Source of the DNA: an uncultured Chloroflexia bacterium
GTDB taxonomy: Bacteria; Chloroflexota; Limnocylindria; Limnocylindrales; CSP1-4
DNA: 64,000 bases
Direction: 5' to 3'
NCBI GenBank assembly: GCA_963819655.1
Contig: CAWFXA010000002.1
Location: 1,600,001 to 1,664,000 of the forward strand
Shown here: positions 30,675 through 43,622 of the stretch, piece by piece
Numbering within the stretch: the first letter of the stretch is position 1
Layout: every line of letters begins with the position of its first letter
Made by a program: the position numbers and the translations under genes
The notes under the pieces: model-generated
The model's database searches: none
What the model saw: the letters and a program-made list of their open reading frames with translations, nothing else
What the model was told of the DNA's origin: nothing

Positions 30675-33152
30675 ATGGATCGCTTCGACAAATTCACGGA
30701 TCGCGCGCGCAAGGTCCTGACACTCGCTCAGGACGAGGCGCAGCGGTTCAACCACAACTACATCGGCACGGAGCATCTGCTCCTGGGCCTCGTCCGCGAG
30801 GGCGAGGGTGTGGCCGCGCGCGTCCTCGAGAACATGAACGTCGAGCTGGCCAAGGTGCGGACCGCCGTCGAGTTCATCATCGGTCGCGGCGATCGACCGG
30901 TCGTCGGTGAAGTCGGGCTCACGCCGCGCGCGAAACGCGTCATCGAGCTCGCCATCGACGAGGCGCGCCGCCTCGGCCACAACTACATCGGCACCGAACA
31001 CCTGCTGCTCGGTCTCGTCCGCGAGGGCGAGGGCATCGCAGCCGGCGTCCTCGAGTCACTCGGCGTCAACCTGGACAAGGTGCGCCACGAGGTCATCCGC
31101 GTCCTGTCACAGAGCTCCTCGGCCGGCCCCAGCGCGCAGGAGACGAAGCGCGCCAGCAAGACGCCGACCGTCGACCAGCTCGGGATCAACCTGACCGAGG
31201 CGGCCCGCGCGGGCAAGCTCGATCCGGTGATCGGTCGCGAGAAGGAGATCGAGCGGGTCATCCAGATCCTCGGTCGGAAGACCAAGAACAACCCCGCGCT
31301 GATCGGGGAGCCGGGCGTCGGCAAGACGGCGATCGCGGAGGGCCTGGCCCACCGGATCATCGCCGGCGACGTGCCCGACATCCTGCTCAACAAGCGCGTT
31401 CTGACGCTCGACATCGGTTCGCTCGTCGCCGGCACCAAGTACCGAGGCGAGTTCGAGGAGCGGCTCAAGAAGATCATCGAGGAGCTGCGGAACACGAACG
31501 ACGCCGTCCTCTTCATCGACGAGCTCCACACGCTCGTCGGGGCCGGCGCGGCCGAGGGCGCCATCGACGCCGCGAACATCCTCAAGCCGCCGCTGTCCCG
31601 TGGCGAGCTCCAGTGCATCGGTGCCACCACACTCGACGAGTACCGCAAGTACATCGAGCGCGACGCGGCACTCGAGCGCCGCTTCCAGCCGGTCATGGTC
31701 GAAGAGCCGACGCTGGAGCAGACGATCGACATCCTGCTCGGCATCCGCGAGCGCTACGAGCAGCACCACAAGGTCACGATCACCGACGAGGCCGTGAAGG
31801 CCGCCGCGGACCTGTCGATCCGCTACATCACCGATCGCCACCTGCCGGACAAGGCGATCGACCTCATCGACGAGGCCGCCTCGCGCGTCCGCCTGCGCCA
31901 CTCCTCCGCCCCGCCCGCCCTGCGCGAGGCCCAGAAGGAGCTGGACCGGGTCACGAAGGAGAAGGACGCGGCGATCAACAACCAGGAGTACGAGGAAGCC
32001 GCCACGCTCCGCGAGACCGAGGCGACCGCCAAGGAGACCGTCGACACGCTCCGCGCCGAGTGGCAGACGACGATGTCCGGCGACCAGCCGACCGTCGGGG
32101 ACGAGGAGATCGCCCAGGTCGTTGCGATGTGGACCGGGATCCCGGTCACGCGCATCGCCCAGGAGGAGTCGGAGCGGCTGCTCCACATGGAGGATGCCCT
32201 CCACAACCGGGTCATCGGCCAGCAGGAAGCCATCGACATCGTGTCGAAGGCGGTCCGTCGCGCGCGCGCGGGCCTCAAGGACCCGAAGCGCCCGATCGGC
32301 TCGTTCATCTTCCTCGGCCCGACCGGCGTCGGGAAGACCGAGCTTGCCAAGGCCCTCGCCGAGTTCATGTTCGGCAGCGAGGACGCGCTCATCAAGATCG
32401 ACATGAGCGAGTTCATGGAGCGCCACAACGTCAGCCGACTCGTCGGGGCGCCTCCCGGCTACGTCGGTTTCGACGAGGGTGGCCAGTTGACCGAGGCCGT
32501 CCGCCGCAAGAGCTACGCGGTCGTGCTGCTCGACGAGGTCGAGAAGGCCCACCCGGAGGTGTTCAACATCCTCCTCCAGATCCTCGAGGACGGACACCTG
32601 TCCGACGCGAAGGGTCGCCGGGTCGACTTCCGGAACTGCATCATCATCATGACCTCGAACCTGGGCGCGAAGCAGCTCCAGACCAACTCGAGCCTCGGTT
32701 TCCGGGTGCAGGGCACGACCGACGAGGCACGCGCCGAGAGCTCGTACGAGCTGATGAAGGAAAAGGTTGCGACCGAGCTGAAGAACAGCTTCCGGCCGGA
32801 GTTCCTCAACCGGATCGACGCGACTGTCGTCTTCCGCTCGCTGACGGTCGAGGAGATGACCCTGATCGTCGATCTGATGCTGGCCCGTGTGCGCGATCAG
32901 CTTCGGGCCCAGCAGATGTCGCTCGAGGTCACCGACGCGGCCAAGGAACACATCATCAAGCTCGGGTATGACGTCGCCTACGGCGCGCGACCGCTGCGCC
33001 GCGTCATCCAGAACATGATCGAAGACGTCCTCGCGGAGCACCTGCTCCTCGGCCGCTACGAACCGGGCACGACGATCGTCGTCGACAAGGACCCGGAGGC
33101 CGGCCTGGATATCCACGCCGCCGAGTCCCGGACGCCGGTCGAGGCCCACTGA
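30675..33152 (+). CDS. clpC: ATP-dependent Clp protease ATP-binding subunit ClpC
   Basis: Two Clp-N repeats (HNYIGTEHLLLGL), GEPGVGKT and GPTGVGKT Walker A motifs, UVR-like middle domain, LGF loop; ATG at 30675. Confidence 0.96.
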   Translation: MDRFDKFTDRARKVLTLAQDEAQRFNHNYIGTEHLLLGLVREGEGVAARVLENMNVELAKVRTAVEFIIGRGDRPVVGEVGLTPRAKRVIELAIDEARRLGHNYIGTEHLLLGLVREGEGIAAGVLESLGVNLDKVRHEVIRVLSQSSSAGPSAQETKRASKTPTVDQLGINLTEAARAGKLDPVIGREKEIERVIQILGRKTKNNPALIGEPGVGKTAIAEGLAHRIIAGDVPDILLNKRVLTLDIGSLVAGTKYRGEFEERLKKIIEELRNTNDAVLFIDELHTLVGAGAAEGAIDAANILKPPLSRGELQCIGATTLDEYRKYIERDAALERRFQPVMVEEPTLEQTIDILLGIRERYEQHHKVTITDEAVKAAADLSIRYITDRHLPDKAIDLIDEAASRVRLRHSSAPPALREAQKELDRVTKEKDAAINNQEYEEAATLRETEATAKETVDTLRAEWQTTMSGDQPTVGDEEIAQVVAMWTGIPVTRIAQEESERLLHMEDALHNRVIGQQEAIDIVSKAVRRARAGLKDPKRPIGSFIFLGPTGVGKTELAKALAEFMFGSEDALIKIDMSEFMERHNVSRLVGAPPGYVGFDEGGQLTEAVRRKSYAVVLLDEVEKAHPEVFNILLQILEDGHLSDAKGRRVDFRNCIIIMTSNLGAKQLQTNSSLGFRVQGTTDEARAESSYELMKEKVATELKNSFRPEFLNRIDATVVFRSLTVEEMTLIVDLMLARVRDQLRAQQMSLEVTDAAKEHIIKLGYDVAYGARPLRRVIQNMIEDVLAEHLLLGRYEPGTTIVVDKDPEAGLDIHAAESRTPVEAH

Positions 33153-33159
33153 CCCTCCC

Positions 33160-34590
33160 GTGGCCAAGGCCACGAGCCGCTACGTCTGTCAGAGCTGCGG
33201 CGAAGCCTTCCTCCGATGGGAGGGCCAATGCCGTGCCTGCGGCGAATGGAACAGCCTCGTCGAGACCGTGGTCAGGGCCAAGGCCTCGAGCGCCGCGTCG
33301 GCGCGCGCCCGCACTGGGGTAGGCGGCGGGGTCGTCGAACCACTTCCGCTGCGCGACATCGGTGAGGCCGCCGTCCCACGGCTGCCGACGTCCATCGGTG
33401 AGCTCGACCGGGTCCTCGGGGGAGGGGTCGTCCCGGGATCGCTGATCCTCCTCGGCGGTGAGCCGGGGATCGGCAAATCCACGCTCCTGCTCCAGGCGGC
33501 GGCCGGGATCGGCGGTCCGGTCCTGTACGCCACAGGTGAGGAGTCGGCCGCCCAGGTCCGCCTCCGTGCCGAGCGTCTCGGTCTGCTCGACTCTCCGGCC
33601 GGTGCCGCCATCGAGGTTCTCGCCGAGCGCGATGTCGCGCGGATCGTCGAGGTGGCACGGTCGGCGCGCCCGGTGATGCTCATCGTCGACTCGGTCCAGA
33701 CCGCGATGATCGACGAGCTGGACGGCGCAGCCGGGAGTGTCGGCCAGGTCCGGGAGTCGACGCTTCGGTTCATGGAGTTCGCCAAGGGCGAAGGGATCGC
33801 GGTCGTGCTCGTCGGCCATGTCACGAAGGACGGGTCGATCGCCGGGCCGAAGACAATGGAGCACCTCGTCGACGCGGTGGTGACGCTCGAGGGCGAACGC
33901 TTCGCGGCGTTGCGACTCGTTCGGTCGACGAAGAACCGGTTCGGCTCGACCGACGAGGTCGGCGTGTTCGAGATGGCCGGCGACGGGCTTCGCGAGGTGG
34001 CGGACCCGGCCCGGGCCTTCCTGGCGGACCATCCGGAGGCGGCGCCGGGCAGCGTGGTCGCCCCGACGATGGAAGGCAGCCGCCCGTTGCTCGTCGAGGT
34101 GCAGGCCCTGGTCTCACCGGCCGGCTACGGCACGCCGGCGCGCAAGGCGAGCGGTATCGACCCCAATCGACTCGGCCTCCTCGTCGCGGTGCTCGGCCGG
34201 CGGGCCGGGATCGGGCTGGGATCGCACGACGTGTATGCGAACCTCGCCGGTGGTCTCAGCGTCGCCGAGCCGGGCCTCGACCTGCCCGTCGCGCTTGCCC
34301 TTGCCTCGTCGATGCGCGACCGACCCATGGCTTCGGATGCCGTCGCGATCGGCGAGGTCGGATTGCTCGGTGAGCTGCGCCCGGTCGCCGGCGTCGAGCG
34401 CCGGCTGAGGGAAGCCGCGCGCCTCGGTTTTGCGACTGCGATCGTCCCGCGACCGGGCCGAGGCGGGCACCCGATCGAGGTCTCCGGGCTCCGCGTGATC
34501 GAGGTCGCGACCCTGCGCGAGGCCATCGCCGCGGGGCTGGGAGAGGGGCCGCGCACTCGTGGCGAGGCCGTTCCGGCGATGCTAGGCTGA
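33160..34590 (+). CDS. radA: DNA repair protein RadA/Sms
   Basis: C4 zinc finger, GEPGIGKSTLL, KNRFG motif, Lon-like C-terminus. Confidence 0.96.
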   Translation: MAKATSRYVCQSCGEAFLRWEGQCRACGEWNSLVETVVRAKASSAASARARTGVGGGVVEPLPLRDIGEAAVPRLPTSIGELDRVLGGGVVPGSLILLGGEPGIGKSTLLLQAAAGIGGPVLYATGEESAAQVRLRAERLGLLDSPAGAAIEVLAERDVARIVEVARSARPVMLIVDSVQTAMIDELDGAAGSVGQVRESTLRFMEFAKGEGIAVVLVGHVTKDGSIAGPKTMEHLVDAVVTLEGERFAALRLVRSTKNRFGSTDEVGVFEMAGDGLREVADPARAFLADHPEAAPGSVVAPTMEGSRPLLVEVQALVSPAGYGTPARKASGIDPNRLGLLVAVLGRRAGIGLGSHDVYANLAGGLSVAEPGLDLPVALALASSMRDRPMASDAVAIGEVGLLGELRPVAGVERRLREAARLGFATAIVPRPGRGGHPIEVSGLRVIEVATLREAIAAGLGEGPRTRGEAVPAMLG

Positions 34591-34648
34591 CGCCCCGTCC
34601 AAGCCACTCCGGGTGGACGACCGAGAAGATCCACCGAGGGTGCACTGG

Positions 34649-35707
34649 TTGATCCGCTATATCCGTCTCCTGGGAGCGGCGCTCGGAGGGCTCATCGGGC
34701 TGGTCCTCGCGACTGCCGGCGAGGGCCTTTTCCGGGAGGCCAGCTACGCCGGGTTCCTGCTTGCGGCGTGGGTCGTCGCGTGGGTCGTCGTGGGCTTCGC
34801 GATCCTGCCCTACCTGACGCTCGTTCCAGCGACCTGGCTCATCTCGCGTGTGGAGGATCTGTCGACCGCCGAGTTCGTGACGGCGGTCATCGGCCTGACG
34901 CTCGGCCTCCTGATGGGGCTGCTGCTGGGCGTGCCGCTCGCCAACCTCCCACCGCCGTGGGGCGACGTGCTCCCGCTCGGGGTCTCCCTGTTCCTGGGTC
35001 TCGGCATGCTGGGCCTCACGGTCGCGAAGCGGCGCGACCTGATCATGGCCGCGCAGGCAGTCGGGTTCCTTCGATCGGGTGACGATGTCCGGAACGAGAA
35101 CCTCGCGGGCGAGCCGCGCATCGTCGTCGACACCTCGGCGATCATCGACGGCCGGATCGCCGAGATCGTCGAGAGCGGCTTCATCTACGGCACGCTCGTG
35201 ATCCCACGGTTCGTGCTCGACGAGCTCCAGCACATCGCGGACAGCTCCGACACGCTGCGTCGGAACCGCGGACGCCGCGGGCTCGAGATCCTCAACAGGA
35301 TGCAGAAGGAGCCGGGAACGCCGGTCGAGATCGTGGAGGACGCCGTCCCGTCCGAGACCGAGGTCGATGCAAAGCTCGTCGCCCTGGCGCGGGCGCGCAG
35401 CGGGGTCATCCTCACCAACGACTTCAATCTGAACCGCGTGGCCGAGCTGCAGGGCGTCCGCGTGATGAACATCAACTCGCTGGCGAACGCGGTGAAACCC
35501 GCCGTCCTGCCCGGCGAGGAGCTCCGCGTCCGGGTCATCCAGGAAGGCAAGGAAGCCGGCCAGGGCGTCGGCTTCCTCGATGACGGCACGATGATCGTGG
35601 TCGAGGGCGGCGCGCGACACATCGACAAGGATCTCGACGTCGCGGTCACGCGGGTCCTCCAGACCGTGGCCGGTCGGATGATCTTCGCGCAGCCGCGTCT
35701 GGATTGA
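34649..35707 (+). CDS. PIN/TRAM domain membrane protein (YacL family)
   Basis: Four N-terminal TM segments, VDTSAIIDGRI PIN, TNDFNLN, GFLDDGTMIVVE TRAM; probable TTG start 34649. Confidence 0.92.
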   Translation: MIRYIRLLGAALGGLIGLVLATAGEGLFREASYAGFLLAAWVVAWVVVGFAILPYLTLVPATWLISRVEDLSTAEFVTAVIGLTLGLLMGLLLGVPLANLPPPWGDVLPLGVSLFLGLGMLGLTVAKRRDLIMAAQAVGFLRSGDDVRNENLAGEPRIVVDTSAIIDGRIAEIVESGFIYGTLVIPRFVLDELQHIADSSDTLRRNRGRRGLEILNRMQKEPGTPVEIVEDAVPSETEVDAKLVALARARSGVILTNDFNLNRVAELQGVRVMNINSLANAVKPAVLPGEELRVRVIQEGKEAGQGVGFLDDGTMIVVEGGARHIDKDLDVAVTRVLQTVAGRMIFAQPRLD

Positions 35708-35735
35708 GCCCTCCGAGGGCTGAGGCGACGCTCTC

Positions 35736-36928
35736 GTGAGTCATCAACCCGAGGACCCGGCTCCCGCCGACGCGATCATCGTCGCCGCCGGTGCCTCGTC
35801 GCGGATGGGCGGAGCGGACAAGCTCCTCGCGACGATCGGCGACAGGCCGCTGCTCGCGCACGCCGTCGATGCCCTGGCGTCGTCCCCGGCCGTCGGATCG
35901 ATCGTGATCGTCACGACGCCCGACCGGAGGCAGATGCTCGAGGGTGGTGGCTGGGTTCCGGGCGACCGGACCACGTTCGTCGATGGAGGCGACCGGCGCC
36001 AGGATTCGGTCCGCGCCGGTTTTCGGGCTCTTGAGGAAACGGTTCCAGATCCCAACGGGTCGCGGGTCGTGCTCGTCCACGACGGGGCGCGCCCGTTCGT
36101 CCCGGCGACGCTGGTGGCGGAGGTCGTGGCCGCCACGGAACGGCATGGTGCCGCGATCCCGGTCGTGCCCGTCAGCGACACCCTTAAGCGGGTGGTCGAC
36201 GACCGGATCGAAGCCACCGTCGACCGCTCCACGTTGGCCGCCGCACAGACCCCGCAGGGTGTCCGCCGCTCGATCCTTCGCAGCGCGCTGGCCAGCGACG
36301 TCGCCGTCGATGGGACGTGGACCGATGAAGCCGCCCTGCTGGAGGCCTGTAGAATCGTCGTTCATGTCGTCCCCGGCGATCCGGCCAACCTCAAGGTGAC
36401 GGTTCCCGCCGATCTGGAGCGGGCGACCGCGCTGCTGGCCGGGCCGAACCCGATGCGACGGTCCGGGCTCGGCCGCGATGCGCATCCGTTCGGCCCGGGC
36501 GAGCCGTTGCGGCTTGGCGGCACCGAGATCCCGGGCGCACCGCGACTCCATGGTCACTCCGATGGCGACGTCGTCCTGCATGCGCTCGCGGACGCGCTGC
36601 TCGGAGCGGCCGGTCTGGGCGACCTGGGTCGCATGTTCCCGGCGGGTCCGGAGACGCCCCGCGGAGTGGCGAGCCGAGACCTGCTGGCGGCGGTCGTCGA
36701 CCGACTGGCCGAGGCCGGCTGGCGACCGGCGACGGTGGATGTGACGATCGTCGCGGCTCGCCCGCGCCTGGCCGGCCACCTCGATTCGATGCGCGGCGCG
36801 GTCGCCGACCTCCTCGATATCGACGAGGGAGCCGTCGGCATGAAGGCGTCGACAGGCAACCTCGACGGCCCGGAAGGCGCGGGCCGGTCGATCTCGACCC
36901 TGGCGCTGGCCACCATCGAGAAGACGCC

Positions 36929-36932
<4 letters not shown>
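35736..36932 (+). CDS. ispDF: Bifunctional IspD/IspF (MEP pathway)
   Basis: AAGASSRMG, RQDSV, VHDGARP, QTPQ, NLKVT (IspD); DAH, GHSDGDVVLHA, GDLG (IspF). Confidence 0.92.
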
Positions 36933-38339
<1,407 letters not shown>

Positions 38340-38347
<8 letters not shown>

Positions 38348-40217
38348 CCGGCCCCCGGACGACCGCCGCCGGGGTGGGGGACCCGGTCACGGGCCCCGCC
38401 GCGACGGGCCACCACCCGGTCGCGGCCCCCGCCGCGACGGGCCACGACCCGGTGGTCCGCGGCGCGACGGTCCCAGGCCTGACGGACACCGACCCGGTAG
38501 TCCGCGGCGCGACGGTCCCGGTGAGGTCGGGCCGCGTCGAGGTCCACCGTGGCAGGGTGGCGGGCCGCCCACCGGTCCGCGCCGCTCGTGGCAGCCGGGT
38601 CCTCCCGGCGACCGCCCTCGCCCTGGTCCACGACCCGGTCCCCGTCCAGGGGGCAGCCCGAAACCGCGACCATGGGAGGACCGTTCACCCGAGCGCCGGC
38701 CATACGACCATGGGCCTGACCAGCGTTCCGACCGCGACGATGTCGACCATCGGCCGCCGCGGCCATCCGGTCCGCGGCACTACGCTGGCCCACCTGGTCG
38801 GGAGGCGCGCCCGATGGATCGCGGACCACGACGGTCGAGTGGGCCCTCCGGAGGTCCACGAGGATCCGGAGATCGGCGGCCGCCGTATGACCGGGACCGG
38901 GATCGAGATCGTGGCTGGGATCGCGACCGACGCCCGAGCGGACCGCCGTACGGTCGGCCCGGGACGTTCCGGCCGCCGCCGGCCTATCGCCAGCCGGCCC
39001 TTCCACCGCCGGACGCCCTCGGTCCCGAGGAGGAGCTCGTCGCCGGACGGCGACCGGTCGAGGAGGCGTTCGTCGCACGGCGTCCCGCGATCCGGCTGCT
39101 GGTCGTGCCGCAACGTCGCGCCGCACTCGAGAAGCTCGTCCTCCACGCCACGAACCTGCGCATCCCGATCGTCGAGGTCGAGGGCGGCTCGCTCACCGCG
39201 CTGGCGGGCTTCGACGGCCACCAGGGGATCGCACTCGTGGTCGAGCCTCGTCGGTTCGCGAGCCTCGACGACATCCTCGCGCGCGCCGCAGAGCGTGGGG
39301 AACCCCCGTTCGTCCTCGTCCTGGACTCCCTCGAGGATCCGCACAACGTCGGATCGCTCTTGCGCAGCGCGGAGGCCGCAGGCGTCCACGGCATCGTCTT
39401 CCCGACGCATCGCCAGGCGCCGCTCAGTCCGTCAGCCGTCAAGGCGTCCGCGGGCGCGATCGAGCACCTGCTGCTGAGTCCGGCAGACGACCTCCCGGCG
39501 GCCCTGAGCGATCTCCATTCCCGTGGGCTGCGGATCGCAGGTGCAGACGGCGGTGCCCCCCTCAGCGCGCGCCAGACGGACCTGCGCGGACCGCTCGCGA
39601 TCGTCGTCGGAAGCGAGGGTCAGGGCCTCGGGCCAGCCGTCCGTCGCCGGTGCGACGTCTTCATGCGGATCCCGATGAAGGGTGCCGTCGGGTCGCTGAA
39701 TGCCGCGGTCGCTGGATCGATCCTGCTCTTCGAGGCGCTGTCGCAGCGCGAGGACGTCGAGTCCATGCCGCCACCCGAGTCACCGGAGTCGTCGTCGCCG
39801 AGCGAGCCGTCGACAGGGCCTCCCTCGCCCGATCAGGACGCTCGGGCCGCCGAGAGCGCCACACTCGCTCCGAAGCCGCGCAAGCCTCGCGCCAGGATGG
39901 TCGCCGTCGTGGCGACACCCGCCGAGCCGAGTGTGGCTGATCCCACGCCCCCGCCCGCGGCCGACGCAGACCTGTTGCCCGGCGATGCTGCACCCAAGAC
40001 ACGCAGGGCGCCCAAGGCGCCCAAGACGGCAAAGGCGCCCAAGACAGCCAAGGCGGCCAAGCCACCCAAGACGGCCAAGGCGTCCAAGGCACCCGAGACG
40101 TCCAAGGCGCCCACTCCGACCAAGGTAGCCAATGCGCCAAAAACCCCGGCCCGCCGCCGGACGGCGCGCACCGAGCCAGACGTGGACGAAGAGTCGACCG
40201 ACACCCCCGACGCTTGA
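38340..40217 (+). CDS. rlmB: 23S rRNA G2251 2'-O-methyltransferase RlmB (SpoU/TrmH family) with long low-complexity N- and C-terminal extensions
   Basis: Core GRRPVEEA, HQGI, LDSLEDPHNVGS, KASAGA, GSEGQG, IPM..SLNAAVA; follows cysS. Confidence 0.88.
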
Positions 40218-40290
40218 CCCACCCGACCGCTCGGTCCTATCATCTCCCGGCGCCGAATGGGTCTTTCTGCGGTATGGCCCTGCCCGTCGC

Positions 40291-40366
40291 GCCGACGTAG
40301 CTCAATTGGTAGAGCAGCGGTTTTGTAAACCGCAGGTTCCGGGTTCGAGTCCCGTCGTCGGCTCCA
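40291..40366 (+). tRNA. tRNA-Thr(TGT)
   Basis: GCCGACG acceptor, gcggt-tt TGT aa-accgc, CCA end. Confidence 0.96.
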
Positions 40367-40433
40367 GAGCACGTCCATCGGTGGTCGGATCCGCCACGGG
40401 GCCGCAGTCCCGATCCGGCACCGCAACGTCAGT

Positions 40434-40518
40434 GGGTAGGTTGAGCAGGTGGTGAGCTCAGCTGGCTGTAGACCAGCCGCCTTCGGCTTTGGGGGTTCGA
40501 TTCCCTCCCTGCCCACCA
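40434..40518 (+). tRNA. tRNA-Tyr(GTA)
   Basis: gctgg-ct GTA ga-ccagc anticodon arm, variable arm, GGTTCGATTCC, ACCA end. Confidence 0.92.
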
Positions 40519-40546
40519 CCATAGAGAAAGACCGCGATCGGCCCGG

Positions 40547-40622
40547 GCCCACATAGCTCAGCTGGCAGAGCACTTCCTTGGTAAGGAAGAGGTCATCGGT
40601 TCAAGTCCGATTGTGGGCTCCA
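40547..40622 (+). tRNA. tRNA-Thr(GGT)
   Basis: GCCCACA acceptor, cttcc-tt GGT aa-ggaag, CCA end; directly upstream of tuf. Confidence 0.96.
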
Positions 40623-40682
40623 CCGCCCGATCCCAACCCCTGCGGCGTCGCCCGCACATGATCTAAGGAGTGAACTGGTCAC

Positions 40683-41879
40683 GTGGCCAAGAAGAAGTTC
40701 GAGCGCACCAAGCCGCACGTCAACGTGGGCACCATCGGCCACATCGACCATGGCAAGACGTCGCTCACCGCAGCGATCACCAAGTACCTCGCCCTGAAGG
40801 GTGAGGCCGAGTACCGCGCGTTCGACACCATCGACAACGCGCCCGAGGAGCGCGCCCGCGGCATCACCATCGCCATCGCCCACGTCGAGTACGAGACCGA
40901 CGCGCGCCACTACGCCCACGTCGACTGCCCGGGCCACGCCGACTACATCAAGAACATGATCACCGGCGCCGCCCAGATGGACGGCGCCATCCTGGTCGTG
41001 GCCGCGACCGATGGGCCGATGCCCCAGACGCGCGAGCACATCCTGCTGGCGCGCCAGGTCGAGGTGCCGTACATCGTGGTCTTCCTCAACAAGGTCGACA
41101 TGGTCGACGACGAGGAGCTGCTCGACCTGGTCGAGCTGGAGGTCCGCGAGCTGTTGTCCAAGTACGAGTTCCCGGGCGACGACATCCCGGTCATCCGCGG
41201 CTCGGCGTTGAAGGCGCTCGAGGCGCCCGACAACCCGGCCGATGACGCGTACAAGCCCATCCAGGAGCTGATGGACGCGGTCGACTCGTACATCCCGACG
41301 CCCGAGCGCGCGGTCGATCGGCCGTTCCTCATGCCGGTCGAGGACGTGTTCGGCATCAAGGGCCGCGGCACGGTCGCCACCGGGCGCATCGAGCGCGGCA
41401 TCGTCAAGGTCGGCGACGAGGTCGAGCTGGTCGGCGTCAAGCCGACCCGCAAGATCGTGGTCACCGGCGTCGAGATGTTCAAGAAGCTGCTCGACGAGGG
41501 CCGCGCCGGCGACAACGTGGGCTGTCTCATCCGGGGCATCGAGCGCGAGGAGATCGAGCGCGGCCAGGTGCTGGCCAAGACGGGCTCCATCAAGCCGCAC
41601 ACCAAGTTCACCGCCCAGGTGTACGTGCTGACCAAGGAGGAGGGCGGCCGCCACACCCCGTTCTACAACGGCTACCGCCCGCAGTTCTACCTGCGCACGA
41701 CCGACGTGACCGGCGCCATCGGGCTGCCCGACGGGGCCGAGATGATCATGCCCGGCGACAACGTCGAGATGAGCGTCGAGCTGATCACCCCGATCGGCCT
41801 CGAGGTCGGCCAGCGCTTCGCTATCCGCGAGGGTGGCCGGACCGTCGGTGCCGGCGCCATCGTCACCATCGCCGAGTAG
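40683..41879 (+). CDS. tuf: Elongation factor Tu (copy 1)
   Basis: [34 protein letters not shown]; GTG start with TAAGGAG RBS. Confidence 0.98.
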   Translation: MAKKKFERTKPHVNVGTIGHIDHGKTSLTAAITKYLALKGEAEYRAFDTIDNAPEERARGITIAIAHVEYETDARHYAHVDCPGHADYIKNMITGAAQMDGAILVVAATDGPMPQTREHILLARQVEVPYIVVFLNKVDMVDDEELLDLVELEVRELLSKYEFPGDDIPVIRGSALKALEAPDNPADDAYKPIQELMDAVDSYIPTPERAVDRPFLMPVEDVFGIKGRGTVATGRIERGIVKVGDEVELVGVKPTRKIVVTGVEMFKKLLDEGRAGDNVGCLIRGIEREEIERGQVLAKTGSIKPHTKFTAQVYVLTKEEGGRHTPFYNGYRPQFYLRTTDVTGAIGLPDGAEMIMPGDNVEMSVELITPIGLEVGQRFAIREGGRTVGAGAIVTIAE

Positions 41880-41886
41880 GGACGAC

Positions 41887-42051
41887 ATGGCCAGGGTCGA
41901 GAACCGTCCGACGATCCAGCTGGCGTGCACCGAGTGCAAGCAGCGGAACTACACGACGCGCAAGAACAAGAGGAACGATCCGAACCGGATCGAGCTCCTG
42001 AAATATTGCCCGCGCGAGCGACGGCATACACTTCACCGCGAGGCGAAGTAG
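41887..42051 (+). CDS. rpmG: 50S ribosomal protein L33
   Basis: [30 protein letters not shown]...HTLHRE. Confidence 0.95.
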   Translation: MARVENRPTIQLACTECKQRNYTTRKNKRNDPNRIELLKYCPRERRHTLHREAK

Positions 42052-42071
42052 GCCGACGGGCGCGCCGCCGC

Positions 42072-42147
42072 AGGGGTGTAGCTCAATTGGCAGAGCACTG
42101 GTCTCCAAAACCAGCGGTTGTAGGTTCGAGTCCTATCGCCCCTGCCA
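42072..42147 (+). tRNA. tRNA-Trp(CCA)
   Basis: AGGGGTG acceptor, ctggt-ct CCA aa-accag, GCCA end. Confidence 0.96.
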
Positions 42148-42268
42148 GAATCCTCCGACCGAGGGCTGGCGGAGCCTGACCTCGGTCGTCGGAGATGGAG
42201 ACGCAGTCACACTGGGCTGCAAGACCCGGACAACGGTCAACGTACGAAAGAGAGAAAGAAAAGACGAC

Positions 42269-42463
42269 GTGAAGCGACTTCGCCGCTATTTCGATGAGGT
42301 CTGGTCAGAGCTGAAGAAAGTCAGCTGGCCGACCCGTGAGCAGGTGCGCAACCTGACCGTGCTGGTCTTCGCGATCAGCATCGTGGTCGGGCTCTATATC
42401 ACCGTGCTCGATCGAGTCTTCCTCGGGCTTCTCAACCTCATCAGCCCCGCGGCGGCGGCGTAG
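42269..42463 (+). CDS. secE: Preprotein translocase subunit SecE
   Basis: ELKKVSWPTRE motif plus one TM segment; upstream of nusG. Confidence 0.93.
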   Translation: MKRLRRYFDEVWSELKKVSWPTREQVRNLTVLVFAISIVVGLYITVLDRVFLGLLNLISPAAAA

Positions 42464-42469
42464 GAAGCG

Positions 42470-43051
42470 ATGATGACCGACCTCAGCAGCACCACCGAGA
42501 CCAAGGCGACCGAGAAGCGCTGGTACATCATCCACACGTACTCGGGTTACGAGAACAAGGTGAAGACCAATCTCGAGCACCGCATCGAGTCGATGGGCAT
42601 GGAGGACAAGATCTTCCAGGTCCTCGTCCCGATGGAGGACGAGATCGAGATCCGCCAGGGTCAGCGCCACACGGTCCAGAAGAAGGTCTACCCGGGCTAC
42701 GTCCTGGTCGAAATGATCCTCGACCCCGACAGCTGGTTCGTCGTCCGCAACACGCCGGGCGTCACGAGCTTCGTCGGCGGCGCCAACATCCCGGGCGTCC
42801 GCAGCGAACCGATCCCGCTGACGGAGACCGAGGTCAAGCAGATCCTGCGGCACATGGGCGTCGAGACGCCCAAGTACCGCGTCGCGTTCACGAAGGGCCA
42901 GAGCGTCCGGGTCACCGACGGCCCGTTCGCCGAGTTCATCGGGACGGTCGAGGAGATCAACCCGGAGCGCAACAAGGTCAAGGTCCTGGTGAGCATCTTC
43001 GGCCGCGAGACACCGGTCGAGCTGGACTTCCTGCAAGTCGAGAAGCTGTGA
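42470..43051 (+). CDS. nusG: Transcription termination/antitermination factor NusG
   Basis: [44 protein letters not shown]. Confidence 0.97.
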   Translation: MMTDLSSTTETKATEKRWYIIHTYSGYENKVKTNLEHRIESMGMEDKIFQVLVPMEDEIEIRQGQRHTVQKKVYPGYVLVEMILDPDSWFVVRNTPGVTSFVGGANIPGVRSEPIPLTETEVKQILRHMGVETPKYRVAFTKGQSVRVTDGPFAEFIGTVEEINPERNKVKVLVSIFGRETPVELDFLQVEKL

Positions 43052-43104
43052 GCACCTGCCGGACCGGCCCTGCCGGCGCTCACTAGAAAGGAACCAGCTC
43101 CACC

Positions 43105-43530
43105 GTGGCAAAGAAGATCCGCATCGTCCTGACGCTCCAGTTGCCTGCTGGGGCCGCGACGCCGGCGCCGCCCGTCGGCACGGCCCTCGGCCCGCACGGC
43201 ATCAACATCGTCGAGTTCACCAAGTCCTATAACGAGAAGACGGCCGACAAGCGCGGCCAGATCATCCCGGCACAGATCACGATCTTCGAGGATCGCTCGT
43301 TCTCGTTCATCCTCAAGACACCGCCGGCGGCGGACCTGCTCCGCAAGGCCGCCGGGATCGAGAAGGGCTCCGGCACGACTGGGCGGGAGAGCGTCGGTCG
43401 GGTGACCCGCGATCAGCTCCGCGAGATCGCCACCATCAAGATGTCCGATCTCAACGCCAACGACCTCGAGGCCGCCGCCAAGCAAGTCGAGGGAACGGCC
43501 CGCTCGATGGGGATCGAAGTCTCCAACTAG
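43105..43530 (+). CDS. rplK: 50S ribosomal protein L11
   Basis: [26 protein letters not shown]. Confidence 0.97.
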   Translation: MAKKIRIVLTLQLPAGAATPAPPVGTALGPHGINIVEFTKSYNEKTADKRGQIIPAQITIFEDRSFSFILKTPPAADLLRKAAGIEKGSGTTGRESVGRVTRDQLREIATIKMSDLNANDLEAAAKQVEGTARSMGIEVSN

Positions 43531-43622
43531 ACATCACGTCCCGCTTGCGGTCGGCACCCCGGGCCGCAGGCTTCCGTTCTTAGGGGAAGGTCGGGTTCGC
43601 CGGCCGCCAGGAGGACAGATCG

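Noticed and set aside
43531-43622. L1-binding leader before rplA
   Set aside because: A hairpin with GGGAAG...GCCAG near the RBS is suggestive but too weak to call by eye
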